From positions 28,776,444 through 28,816,017 of the forward strand of contig NC_068985.1 of the NCBI RefSeq assembly GCF_001194135.2: a DNA stretch of 39,574 nucleotides, given 5' to 3'. A program made the translations under genes and the position numbers. The notes under the pieces were generated by a model that saw only the letters and a program-made list of their open reading frames with translations, was not told the DNA's origin and searched no databases. This DNA is from Octopus bimaculoides. Taxonomy: Eukaryota. Positions 23,863-35,549 of the stretch are shown here, piece by piece. The number at the start of each line of letters is the position of its first letter. Within the stretch, counting starts at the first letter, position 1.

Positions 23863-24612
23863 TGATTTTCAAGGACGAAATATTAGATTTTGCACAAATT
23901 AACGACAAGCAATGAAAAAATAATCATACGTCCTAGAAATAGCAGTCAAACATTCGTCAAACCACTCTATCATATAAATACTCTACCGTCAAACAAAAAA
24001 AATGAAGGACACATTCAATATTATACATAACCGATGAATATGTTTCTTGCCATATCCAATAATTGTACAAATATTTCTGCCATGTATGTGGGTTGAAAAA
24101 AGATTTCTTTCACCAGCCAGACTTTTTATTGATGCATTATAATTTTATTGATACATTAACAAATAAAGATTCTACAACCCAATACATAGATGGATTACCT
24201 GACACAGATGTATACAACTATTGAAGAATGTCTTTTGACAATTGAAAAGCAATTTTGTACCTTAACTAGTTATATGCATTTAGATTTGATTATTCTATTT
24301 TATTTCATGTTTTAAGACTTTGGTGGATGTTTGTCTTGTCTTAATTTTGTCGTATAGCCGAGAGAGAGTTTCGATATATGCAAACACTTGTGTCATGTAG
24401 TATATGATTATGTTTTCATTACTGTCATTGCTTGTCCATTTTACCTAGTTTCCCGTTCTCCTTATAACTCGTCCCCTATACCGTTCGCTCGACAGTACCC
24501 GTCTAATTTTGTATGTTTCTTATTTTCTCCTTCGCAATCCCTCATTTTCACTTTTCATTCCGAAAACTCCAATCCTGCACTAATGCTTTGTTTTTTTATG
24601 TGTTGTTTGTAG

Positions 24613-24727
24613 TTCCGGCTCGAATTACGAATTTCTCAAGGGAGAAAACTCTCTATTGGAAAACTAATTCTATTCTGAAATGTAACGCTCGTGGAAATCC
24701 TCTCCCACTGATTTCATGGATAATGAA
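24613..24727 (+). CDS. Dscam: Dscam exon, Ig10 N-terminal half (phase 1 to 2)
   Basis: ttgtttgtag / gtaaga; (V)PARITNFSREKTLYWKTNSILKCNARGNPLPLISWIM, matching the Dscam Ig10 start VPA.I..F. Confidence 0.94.
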
Positions 24728-24889
24728 GTAAGATATATATATTTTGTAAACTTGTTCGATCTTGGATTTTTCTAATTTCAATTTAAGTTCTTTTAATGTC
24801 CACAACTTCGAGAAGATTGGAGTCATATGTATTCAAAACTGTTAATACAGCTAACAGAATATTAAAAATAAATCTTTCAATTGTTCCAG

Positions 24890-25018
24890 TCTCAGGACCT
24901 CGGCCATGCTGGAACACCGCCTTGACAGATGTAGTCGAACAAATCGGTCTCTTTTGCCGAACCGTAAACAAGTACTAGTTGCCTAAGTCATCGACAAAGA
25001 TAAATACANNNNNNNNNN

Positions 25019-25049
<31 letters not shown>

Positions 25050-25285
25050 ATACATACATACATACATACATACATACATACATACATACATACATACATA
25101 CATACATACTTATGTGTGTGATAGGGTTCCACACAGTTTCCGCGTATCAAATTCACTCACACGGCATGAACTAATGGGTCGACGGGGCTGGTTGTACTAG
25201 AAAACATTTGCCCATGGTACCCCTCAGTGAGGACTGACCCCAAATTACGTGGCTGTAAAGTGAGCGTCTTAACCATCTGCACTTG
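24890..25285 (-). mobile_element. SINE family B with internal microsatellite and a 10-N gap
   Basis: cggccatgctggaacaccgcc...tcggtctcttttgccgaacc...cagtttccgcgtatcaaattcactcac...ggactgacccc. Confidence 0.78.
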
Positions 25286-25909
25286 TTTCTTTTCATATTA
25301 TTCATTTCGAAACGATAGAATATTCTGAAGACCTACAAAACAGTGGAGTTGATTCTAGTGACTTTACAGCTTACTGCAACTGACTTGTGACAGCTCATAA
25401 GTCATGTATATTTACTCATATTTCTTCAGTGCCACTTATATATTGAATAAATTTTCTGTTTTTAGTGAAATGAATGATGATTTTGCAAGTGATTGAAGTG
25501 AAATATTTCTAATTATCTTACTTTTCTTTTAATTTGTGTCAAGTACTATAGATCAAAACATAATTTCTTTGTACTTCGATCTGGCAATCCAAACTGGATT
25601 TTGACTAGGCACCTTGTCTGCATACAGCACTGATTTCTTCCTTTAAGATTTGTGCATCAATATTTGAACATCCCACACTCATACACAGAACAGTTGACAA
25701 CCATTTTGGTTTGCTTACGTCCTCATACCTTAGCAGTTTAGCAAAAGAAACCGATAGCAAAACTACTACTAAACATTCCAAGGCATTCTGTTAGTATAGC
25801 CACAGTGCAAAGTAAAATATAAAAGAATGACTCTTAGTTTTTATCTCTCGAATTTTACTAATAAATTCGTATCTTTACAATCATGCATTTGTTTATTTTT
25901 ATCCTTCAG

Positions 25910-26064
25910 TGACAAACCAGTTCTACTCAGTAATACGGTGCAAAAGCTTCCGTCGGGCTCTTTAAATTTGAAGAGTGTTCAATTCACAGATACAGCTAAT
26001 TATACATGTCGTGCCGAAAATATATATGGTATTGAGGAAATTGTAATTTCTGTTAAAGTTATAG
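25910..26064 (+). CDS. Dscam: Dscam exon, Ig10 C-terminal half (phase 2 to 1)
   Basis: atccttcag / gtaagt; (N)DKPVLLSNTVQKLPSGSLNLKSVQFTDTANYTCRAENIYGIEEIVISVKVI. Confidence 0.95.
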
Positions 26065-26119
26065 GTAAGTAGAGAGAGAACCTTGTTTGTTTTAAATGGT
26101 TAGTGGTAATGTAATTATC

Positions 26120-26161
<42 letters not shown>

Positions 26162-26162
26162 C

Positions 26163-26219
<57 letters not shown>

Positions 26220-26220
26220 A

Positions 26221-26428
26221 AGGCGAGTTGGCAGAATCGTTAGCACGCTGGATCAAATGCTTAGCGGCATTTCGTCTGTCCTTACGTTCTGAGTTCAAAC
26301 TCCGCTGATGTTGTCTTAGCCTTTCATCCTTTGGGGGTCGATAAAATAGTACCAGTCAAATACTGAGGTCGATGTCATCGACTGTGCCCTCCCCCCCCCC
26401 AAATTTCAGGCCTTGTGCCCATAGTAAG
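26221..26428 (+). mobile_element. SINE family A directly after a (TTA)n array (about 26122-26216); a second partial head follows at about 26437-26500
   Basis: aggcgagttggcagaatcgttagcacgc...gagttcaaactccgc...gggggtcgataaaatagtaccag...aaatttcaggccttgtgcc. Confidence 0.88.
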
Positions 26429-27341
26429 ATCATTTAGGGGTGAGATGGCAGAATAGTTACTGCATCAGACAAAACGCTTTGCGGCATTTCTTCCGAATTC
26501 ATGGGATGCTGCACGGTGGATATAATTCGGCAAATAAACCTTATTGGATCAATAGCAAAGCTCAGCGGATGAACAAGTAATAAACTGTCAACGGCTAGGA
26601 TCAACCATTTCAGTTAGCAAACTACTGTTGTCGTCTGTAATGGTGACGTGCGCAGACGAGATGTTTCTGCTGGCGAAAGACGACTGTAACTAAAACCTGA
26701 GCCAAACGTTCATGCCACATCGCACGATCAAGACGTCTGGCGTGTAGGAGCAGTATTGATCGGAGCAAGTCCCCTGATGAAGCTGGGTGATGGTTCAGCA
26801 TAATGCAGATCATAAAGTTGATCTAACTATATCACTATCCCTAACGTCTGATTAATATACTAAGTGTTTCATTCGAAATATCTGTATATCTTCACCGTTC
26901 ATTTGATTATTAGAATTTCTATATTTGAGTCTATTTTAGATCTAAACTTTAGTTTAAGATTATCTTTTTCAATATATGGTATATCATGAAATATCATTAC
27001 TGCGCAGAGCAGCTTCTCGTGTAACTTTGATTGATAGTAATTCGTTGTTCATACAAAGATGACTGCAATTCGTTCATAGTTACCTTTTCAATATTGATAT
27101 AGAAATAATCACATTATACTAAACTATTACATTCATTCCGATGAAGCTGCACTTAATGAAATATATTCAAATACCGTAACAAGTTACACATTCCGCTCAA
27201 GGGAATGTTTGTATTGAAATAAGAGCAGTATATCTGTCAATATTTACTCGTTAAGAGTAAATGTGTGGATTTACTCTAAACGTATATATATGTGTGTGTG
27301 TGTGTGTGTATGTGTGTGTGTGTGTGTGTGTGTATGTGTGT

Positions 27342-27391
<50 letters not shown>

Positions 27392-27801
27392 GGAGAAAGT
27401 ATATATTGAAAAGAATACCATGGTATGGCTTCTCTCCTATATATGATGTGTGCTAGTATGTATGTATGTATACCCCTCTACAAATTTCTATTTGCTATAA
27501 ATTCCAATGTAATCGAAATATATACCATCTGAAAAGTATTCGTAGAAGATTTTATCAAAAGCAACCACCCATTTTTTTCTGAAAGTTATGATGAAATCAG
27601 ATTTGCGTGAATTTTCAGAAACTCCTCTGCAAATCCCATCGGAAAAAATTTCCACATCAAAATCAGATATCGTTAGAATGTGTGCCATCTGGAGCATATT
27701 CATAAGAAATTTTTATTTAAGAATATCTTTTTTTTCCTGAAAGTTATGAGGAAACAAAGTATGGGGTGTCTCACTAGTGTAAGTAGGACCAGTCAAGCTA
27801 G

Positions 27802-27880
<79 letters not shown>

Positions 27881-29318
27881 NNNNNNNNNNNNNNNNNNNN
27901 NNNNNNNNNNNNNNNNNNNNNNNNNNNNNNNNNNNNNNNNNNNNNNNNNNNNNNNNNNNNNNNNNNNNNNNNNNNNNNNNNNNNNNNNNNNNNNNNNNNN
28001 NNNNNNNNNNNNNNNNNNNNNNNNNNNNNNNNNNNNNNNNNNNNNNNNNNNNNNNNNNNNNNNNNNNNNNNNNNNNNNNNNNNNNNNNNNNNNNNNNNNN
28101 NNNNNNNNNNNNNNNNNNNNNNNNNNNNNNNNNNNNNNNNNNNNNNNNNNNNNNNNNNNNNNNNNNNNNNNNNNNNNNNNNNNNNNNNNNNNNTATATAT
28201 ATATATATATATAATGATGATGATGATAAATGGAGACAAAGTGTCTGGGCGGTCATCGTAGGAGCACTCAGGTATAATCCAGCTTACGGCTAACCATATC
28301 GGGATGTAGCTAGGATTACTCAAAGTAAGTAATCCTACTGTAATTCATCTGATGCGTAAATCGTGAATTTGCTTCGCTGGATTAGAAATATTTTACCGAG
28401 TGTATATCCAAGACAATTATAATGAATACGGAGATTAATACATTTGAATATTCTTTTTATATTTGTATATACACAGCATATATAATTATAGGGATTCATT
28501 TAAATCAAACATGCTGTATAACTGATTATAGAAATTTTTTTTAAATACCTATCCAAAGGCTATGAAAATATCTACAAAACATTTCATTTAATTTTTTTTC
28601 TCCAATTTAATTGTTCTTATTTTACTCTTAGTTGAAAAAGTCAAAAAAGATGGAAACCGCTACTAAAATGTACTTCGTGAAAAAATCATTTTAGCATTTT
28701 CTACCTTGTCTTATTTCTCTTATACACACACACACACACTCTGCAGTCTCTCTTTCTCTCGCTCACACACACACACACACATACACATCTTCGAAACACT
28801 TAGTTTTAGAATAGTGGCAGCTGATGAAGGAAATGTTCTCTATGTAGCCTGTGTGTTTTCTGTGCTCTGTTTATGTTCTGCTTCTCATTTTGTCCACGTT
28901 CTCTTCTGACGTCCTGTACCCAGATATGCATCTATATATACATGTAGATGTAGATATGTACATACATGTACGTATATATGCATATACTCACATATTATTT
29001 GTATTATAGATATATATACATGTATAGGCAAAGTTTAGGTTGGTTAAAATATATTTGTGACATATTTCAAATACTAAAAGACATATTCACTGCAGTTACC
29101 ATTAAGAAAATTTTCTCTTATGGTTAAAAAGGTGTAAAGGTACCTTATCTGTCCAGTGTCGCCATCTAGCAGGATTCCAAATATCGATGTTTCTAGCTCC
29201 TTACCCGTTATCCAGTCAATATTGTGGACTATATTTTAGTTAAAGCTATAGCTTTAATAAGGTGTCCAGATGTGACTCTCTTAGGTATTTCCCATTCATT
29301 ATGTGTATAATTAATAGG

Positions 29319-29355
<37 letters not shown>

Positions 29356-29747
29356 NNNNNNNNNNNNNNNNNNNNNNNNNNNNNNNNNNNNNNNNNNNNN
29401 NNNNNNNNNNNNNNNNNNNNNNNNNNNNNNNNNNNNNNNNNNNNNNNNNNNNNNNNNNNNNNNNNNNNNNNNNNNNNNNNNNNNNNNNNNNNNNNNNNNN
29501 NNNNNNNNNNNNNNNNNNNNNNNNNNNNNNNNNNNNNNNNNNNNNNNNNNNNNNNNNNNNNNNNNNNNNNNNNNNNNNNNNNNNNNNNNNNNNNNNNNNN
29601 NNNNNNNNNNNNNNNNNNNNNNNNNNNNNNNNNNNNNNNNNNNNNNNNNNNNNNNNNNNNNNNNNNNNNNNNNNNNNNNNNNNNNNNNNNNNNNNNNNNN
29701 NNNNNNNNNNNNNNNNNNNNNNNNNNNNNNNNNNNNNNNNNNNNNNN

Positions 29748-30222
29748 AAAAATAAAAAGATAAAGAGAGCAATGGTAAGGTTGGAGAAGTATTTTATGGA
29801 TAGAGTCTTACAGCTATTTCTGGGAAGATCCAGTACTTCCCTTCATCGGAGACAGAAAAAATAAAGTAATCTATTATTATATCCATAGGCGGATATTTTT
29901 AGTATGAAGTGGTAAAGAGTGTGATGTGCTGAAAAAAGAGAAATTTCGGATCCCCACAAGGATTACTTTACACGGATTTCTACACGGATATTTACTACTG
30001 GAATGAAACTACACTTCAAGTACTGTTTTCTCTTTTTTCAGCACATCACACTCTTTACCACTTCATACTAAAAATATCCGCCTATGGATATAATAATAGA
30101 TTACTTTATTTTTTCTGTCTCCGATGAAGGGAAGTACTGGATCTTCCCAGAAACAGCTGTAAGACTCTATCCATAAAATACTTCTCCAACCTTACCATTG
30201 CTCTCTTTATCTTTTTATTTTT
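29748..30222. repeat. Near-perfect inverted repeat (196-bp arms, 83-bp spacer); MITE- or foldback-like
   Basis: 29748-29943 is the reverse complement of 30027-30222 at 195 of 196 positions; TA-rich runs on both sides. Confidence 0.93.
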
Positions 30223-30619
30223 ATATATTTACATATATATATATATACGCCTATTATTTCTTTAATTTGTTTTGGTTTTATTCTTGTGGTTTTATTCGGT
30301 ATACATAAGAATTAATTGCGTTTATATTTTTCTTTATTTAAAAACAGTGAAACAGAAAAATCCAGGTATGTGGACTGTTTTTGCATAATTTATTCTACTT
30401 TTCTCGAAATACTGAATCTTAAGATTGGTTAAAGATGCCTAAGTATAATATTCAAACATTGTACTTTGCCATCATAGTCCCATACTAGGCAATAAGACTA
30501 ATACTCGTTTTAACACGTCCACCTATACTCATAATGAAACACAAACACAGAAGCGAGCACTCAAGCACTTCACACCCGCACACACACACACGCGCGCGCG
30601 CGCGCGCACACACATATTT

Positions 30620-30995
30620 TTTCTTCTACTTGTTTCAGTCATTTGATTGCGGCCATGCTGGAGCATCGCTTTTAGTCGAACAAATCGATCTCAGGATCTA
30701 TTCTTTGTAAGCCTAGTACTTATTCAATCGGTCTCTTTTGCCGAACCGCTAGAATTCGGGCGCATAAACAAACCAACATCGGTTGTCAAGTGATATTGCG
30801 GGGACAAATACAGACACACAAACATACAATATATATACACGACGGGCTTCTTTCAGTTTCCGTCTGCAAAATCCACTCGCAAGACTTTGGTTAGCCCGAG
30901 GCTATAGTAGAAAACCCTTGTCCAAGGTACCACAGTGGGACTGAACCCAGAACTATGTGGTTGGAAAGCAAGCTTTTTACCTATATATGGACCGC
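30620..30995 (-). mobile_element. SINE family B, best-preserved copy (tRNA head plus CORE-like central domain)
   Basis: Minus strand agcttgctttccaaccacatagttctgggttcagtcccactgtggtaccttggacaagggttttctactatagcctcggg...; B box gggttcagtccc; the ccttgg(g/a)caag segment recalls CORE SINEs (from memory). Confidence 0.85.
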
Positions 30996-31348
30996 TGAAA
31001 TCTGCAAGTTTTTTTGTTTTGTTTTTTGCATTTTCTGTCTGTTTATTTTCTCTTATTCCTTTCTGCTCAAGAGCGTAAGCTCGAAACGTAAAAGACTTTT
31101 TTTTAATTTTCCCGAGCGTCAAACTAATACACTTGCTTGTTGTTCATACACATGTCTTCGTTTTTTGTTTTCCTATAAATTTCAACTATATGTATATATA
31201 TATATATATATATTGATATATTTCAGGATGGTCAATTTTTTTTTCCACATACACAAACGCACTACATATTCGCTTTCCTCTCGTTTATTACTGTTCTTAT
31301 TTTATTTTCCGTCCATTGTCTGGAAATATTTCATCACACATATGTGAC

Positions 31349-31543
31349 CTCTTCAGCGACCCTTGGCATCCAGGTGTATCCTCCTGTCTCGCTTATTCCA
31401 TTCTGTCGTATGATGTGTATTCTCGCGCGCACACTCACACAGATACAGACGCATACGCAGAGATAAGGATACACGTCATAGAAGGTCAGAATGGATCAAG
31501 CGGAACAAGAGGATACACGTGGATGGAAAAGGTCACGGAAGAG
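31349..31543. repeat. Imperfect inverted repeat (about 75-bp arms, 42-bp loop)
   Basis: ctcttcagcgacccttggcatccaggtgtatcctc...gtatgatgtgtattct pairs with aggatacacgtcatag...gaggatacacgtggatggaaaaggtcacggaagag at roughly three-quarters identity by eye. Confidence 0.85.
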
Positions 31544-31753
31544 TTAATAGATATGTGACGAAAGATTTGCAGATAATGGACACAAGATAAAATAAGAAAA
31601 ATAGCAAACGAGTGAAGAACGAATATATGGTACCTGTGTTGAAGTGGCAAAACAAAAAATTAACCATCCCAAAATATAACGATATCTGTTTCAACACACG
31701 TTTTCACATCAGAGATCTTGCAATACAAATTCATAAACGTATACATATATGTA

Positions 31754-31807
<54 letters not shown>

Positions 31808-32607
31808 NNNNNNNNNNNNNNNNNNNNNNNNNNNNNNNNNNNNNNNNNNNNNNNNNNNNNNNNNNNNNNNNNNNNNNNNNNNNNNNNNNNNNNNNNNNNN
31901 NNNNNNNNNNNNNNNNNNNNNNNNNNNNNNNNNNNNNNNNNNNNNNNNNNNNNNNNNNNNNNNNNNNNNNNNNNNNNNNNNNNNNNNNNNNNNNNNNNNN
32001 NNNNNNNNNNNNNNNNNNNNNNNNNNNNNNNNNNNNNNNNNNNNNNNNNNNNNNNNNNNNNNNNNNNNNNNNNNNNNNNNNNNNNNNNNNNNNNNNNNNN
32101 NNNNNNNNNNNNNNNNNNNNNNNNNNNNNNNNNNNNNNNNNNNNNNNNNNNNNNNNNNNNNNNNNNNNNNNNNNNNNNNNNNNNNNNNNNNNNNNNNNNN
32201 NNNNNNNNNNNNNNNNNNNNNNNNNNNNNNNNNNNNNNNNNNNNNNNNNNNNNNNNNNNNNNNNNNNNNNNNNNNNNNNNNNNNNNNNNNNNNNNNNNNN
32301 NNNNNNNNNNNNNNNNNNNNNNNNNNNNNNNNNNNNNNNNNNNNNNNNNNNNNNNNNNNNNNNNNNNNNNNNNNNNNNNNNNNNNNNNNNNNNNNNNNNN
32401 NNNNNNNNNNNNNNNNNNNNNNNNNNNNNNNNNNNNNNNNNNNNNNNNNNNNNNNNNNNNNNNNNNNNNNNNNNNNNNNNNNNNNNNNNNNNNNNNNNNN
32501 NNNNNNNNNNNNNNNNNNNNNNNNNNNNNNNNNNGATATCTGTTTCAACACACGTTTTCACATCAGAGATCTTGCAATACAAATTCATAAACGTATACAT
32601 ATATGTA

Positions 32608-32641
<34 letters not shown>

Positions 32642-32951
32642 CGCTCCAAAATAATGAAGTGACAGAAATGAAGAAGGATCACATTTAAGATGTTATAATA
32701 TTTCATTATCATTTATATTCAAGACGTGTCTGAACTATATATTGTGGAGACGATGTAATGGAAGAATACGCGTAATATCATCACCTTCATTCTTGGACTT
32801 AGTATGTATATGTGTGTAAATAAAATGCGGCAGCAATTGAATGATATCAACTGCTATTTCCTGAAATACGCTCACGTTCACTTTTCACCATAAATTTTTG
32901 CAAGTCTGTTTTAATCTTTGACTTTTAAACCCTATGTTGTCTTTCATCTAG

Positions 32952-33050
32952 TTGTACCTCTAGAACCAATATTAGTGTTGGCTTCATCAACATCATCTAC
33001 CATCCAGGTTAATTGGAAATCTAGACACAATGGAGGAAGTAAAATTAAAG
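32952..33050 (+). CDS. Dscam: Dscam exon, FN3-5 N-terminal part (phase 1 to 1)
   Basis: ctttcatctag / gtaaat; (V)VPLEPILVLASSTSSTIQVNWKSRHNGGSKIK. Not in the ORF track. Confidence 0.92.
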
Positions 33051-33164
33051 GTAAATTAATTTAACCTCTATTGTTTTTACAGGTTCTAGTTCTTTCTGAG
33101 AAGCTAGTTCGAACGCTATCCAATAGTCACTTTTATGATTCTCATTACTAAATTAATCTTTCAG

Positions 33165-33350
33165 GATTCTATGTCAAATTCAAAAAAGAACACGGAGAAT
33201 GGCAGTCTTTGAAAGCTGATTCCATAAGCCGTACATACATATTCAAAGGATTGCAATGTGGAACAGGATACCGATTTATTGTCAACTCTTTTAATATAAT
33301 TGGCGTTAGTGGTGACAGCACACAGATCAATGCCAAAACCAACGGTTCTT
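33165..33350 (+). CDS. Dscam: Dscam exon, FN3-5 C-terminal part (phase 1 to 1)
   Basis: atctttcag / gtaagt after a 114-bp intron; (G)FYVKFKKEHGEWQSLKADSISRTYIFKGLQCGTGYRFIVNSFNIIGVSGDSTQINAKTNGS, with the Dscam L.CGT.Y and KT.GS motifs. Confidence 0.94.
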
Positions 33351-33814
33351 GTAAGTTGCCCTATTTTTAGTTTCTGACTCAAAGATTTGAATAACTGTAA
33401 GAGGTGCATTAATGTAAGCCAGTCGTCTACCATAGAACAAGTTCTTTAGCTTAATTCTATGGTGAGTCCTAAACTTTGTCTTCATGTAGATGTATATCTG
33501 TAAAGTTATTAGCCAAGTAACGGTAATATTTCGAAGGATTTGAACTCAAAGATGCAAGTTAAAACATTTATTAATTAAACTACAATGATTCGTGATATTT
33601 GGTGAGATATCTAATTATATATTTGGTCATTTGAGAATTAAGTTTATAGACTATAGATCAGGCTTGCACCTCCTATATCCTGTGAACTTTCAATCGCACT
33701 CATATAATCTATTGATTTATGGTTTATTTCTCTATAGATGTTACTTAAATGTAAATTATGGAGAAAAATCTTATTTAGTAACTGATCATTTTGTGTTCTA
33801 TTTTTCTTTCTCCG

Positions 33815-33863
<49 letters not shown>

Positions 33864-34079
33864 NNNNNNNNNNNNNNNNNNNNNNNNNNNNNNNNNNNNN
33901 NNNNNNNNNNNNNNNNNNNNNNNNNNNNNNNNNNNNNNNNNNNNNNNNNNNNNNNNNNNNNNNNNNNNNNNNNNNNNNNNNNNNNNNNNNNNNNNNNNNN
34001 NNNNNNNNNNNNNNNNNNNNNNNNNNNNNNNNNNNNNNNNNNNNNNNNNNNNNNNNNNNNNNNNNNNNNNNNNNNNNNN

Positions 34080-34231
34080 TAATATTGAAATCTGTAAACT
34101 CAACATTTGTGCAACTGGATCTCTCAGCCTGGAGTTCGGGTGGATGTCCTATCAAATTCTACACAGTGAAATATCGAATGAATGGACATACTGAATGGGT
34201 GGAAGTTTCAAATAACGTTGATGGAAATATG
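34080..34231 (+). CDS. Dscam: Dscam exon, FN3-6 N-terminal half, 5' end lost in assembly gap (ends phase 0)
   Basis: ILKSVNSTFVQLDLSAWSSGGCPIKFYTVKYRMNGHTEWVEVSNNVDGNM with the Dscam W.xGGCP motif; donor gtaaga at 34232; acceptor not visible (N-run 33864-34079). Confidence 0.9.
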
Positions 34232-34288
34232 GTAAGATATTATTTTTCATCAAGATCATACAGAAGGTACAATATTATTAACTGCTTT

Positions 34289-34478
34289 TAGCATCGTTAG
34301 CACGCAGGCCAAAATGCTTAGCAGTATTTGTCTGCGTTCAAATTCCGCCGTGGTCGACTTCGCCTTTCATCCTTTCGTGGTCGATGAAATAAGTACCAGT
34401 TACACACTGTGATCGATATAATTGACTAACTTCTCCCCACAAATTTCAAGCTATGTGCCTTTAGTAAAATCGATTATT
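34289..34478 (+). mobile_element. SINE family A
   Basis: atcgttagcacgcaggccaaaatgcttagc...gttcaaattccgccgtggtcgacttcgcctttcatcctttcgtggtcgatgaaataagtaccagtt. Confidence 0.85.
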
Positions 34479-35027
34479 AATTGCTTGTACAATAGATAAA
34501 TCTCAGTACATTCTGAGCGCAAAGGCATTCATATTGCAATCCTCCTATCTTTTCTAAAACATAATGGATCCGAGACTATTTTTAGCCCAATATGTATGAT
34601 CAAAAGCGTAAGCCACCACCTGACGCTTTGATGCCTTTAGCCGAGTCCATTCTGTTCGAAGCATTCGAACCAGGAATCTAGTCTGAGGAAAGTCACGATC
34701 ATGATTTCTTCATCTGTTTTCCTTCACCAATTTTGGTAGCACTGCCAAACGCAAAAAAAAAAAAAAAAAAAAAAATTAACACCGCTTTTACCATTGCACA
34801 TCTTCATTTGGCTGACCGGAAAAATTAATATTAAATTAGACTACTTTAGAGATACATTGTATTTAGTTATATACATATAACTGGTGAGAACATAGAATAT
34901 TTGATTTCTATAAGGTTTTCGACTTTATTATCGCATCAAGTAATACATTTCTTGTTCCAACATAACAAATATAATTTTGTCATTCGGAGATTGCCCCTTC
35001 CATAACTTTAATATTTCTAATTTTCAG

Positions 35028-35148
35028 ACGTCTTTTACGGTTCGAGACCTACGCTCAGCCACATGGTATTGGATGAAATTGACTGCACACAACGAAGCAG
35101 GTTCCACAGAAAGTTTATTTAACTTTGGAACACTTACTTACAGCGGAA
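35028..35148 (+). CDS. Dscam: Dscam exon, FN3-6 C-terminal half (phase 0 to 1)
   Basis: aattttcag / gtaaga; TSFTVRDLRSATWYWMKLTAHNEAGSTESLFNFGTLTYSG, matching Dscam DL..ATWY.L..TAHN.AG.T....F.TLT..G. Confidence 0.96.
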
Positions 35149-35549
35149 GTAAGAACTTACGAATTTTACGTTTCAATTATATTTTCTTTTAAACCATTTT
35201 TGGAAACATATTTTCAATGACATTACTCATATTTAGACACTTGAAGATCATGTTAATCCGTACAATAACATCGATTTATTGATGTATCTGAAGTTATATA
35301 AGAGACACTCACAGAGATATGTATAAACACACTGTGTAGATATTGAGTTCAATAATAGTAGTGTTGATGGTAATTATGCGCATGAGGGTGTACAAATTTA
35401 CATCTGAATTTATATGCAAGATTGTATCCGTATCTATGTATGCTGGTGCATGCGCCTAAACTATTTACATGATTATATGTATGAATTGTAATAGTGAAAA
35501 TAGTTTTGCATTGAAAGTAACCATGGATTCACATTACCTTTTTACTTAG

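Noticed and set aside
28311-28337. 10-bp stem hairpin taggattact/agtaatccta, possible Helitron 3' end
   Set aside because: No CTRR terminus at the expected distance on either strand.
31681-32639. Identical ~100-bp block on both sides of gap 31808-32534 (31681 onward and 32535 onward)
   Set aside because: Exact duplicate abutting an N-run at a GT microsatellite; typical contig-overlap artefact, so the gap is probably spurious.
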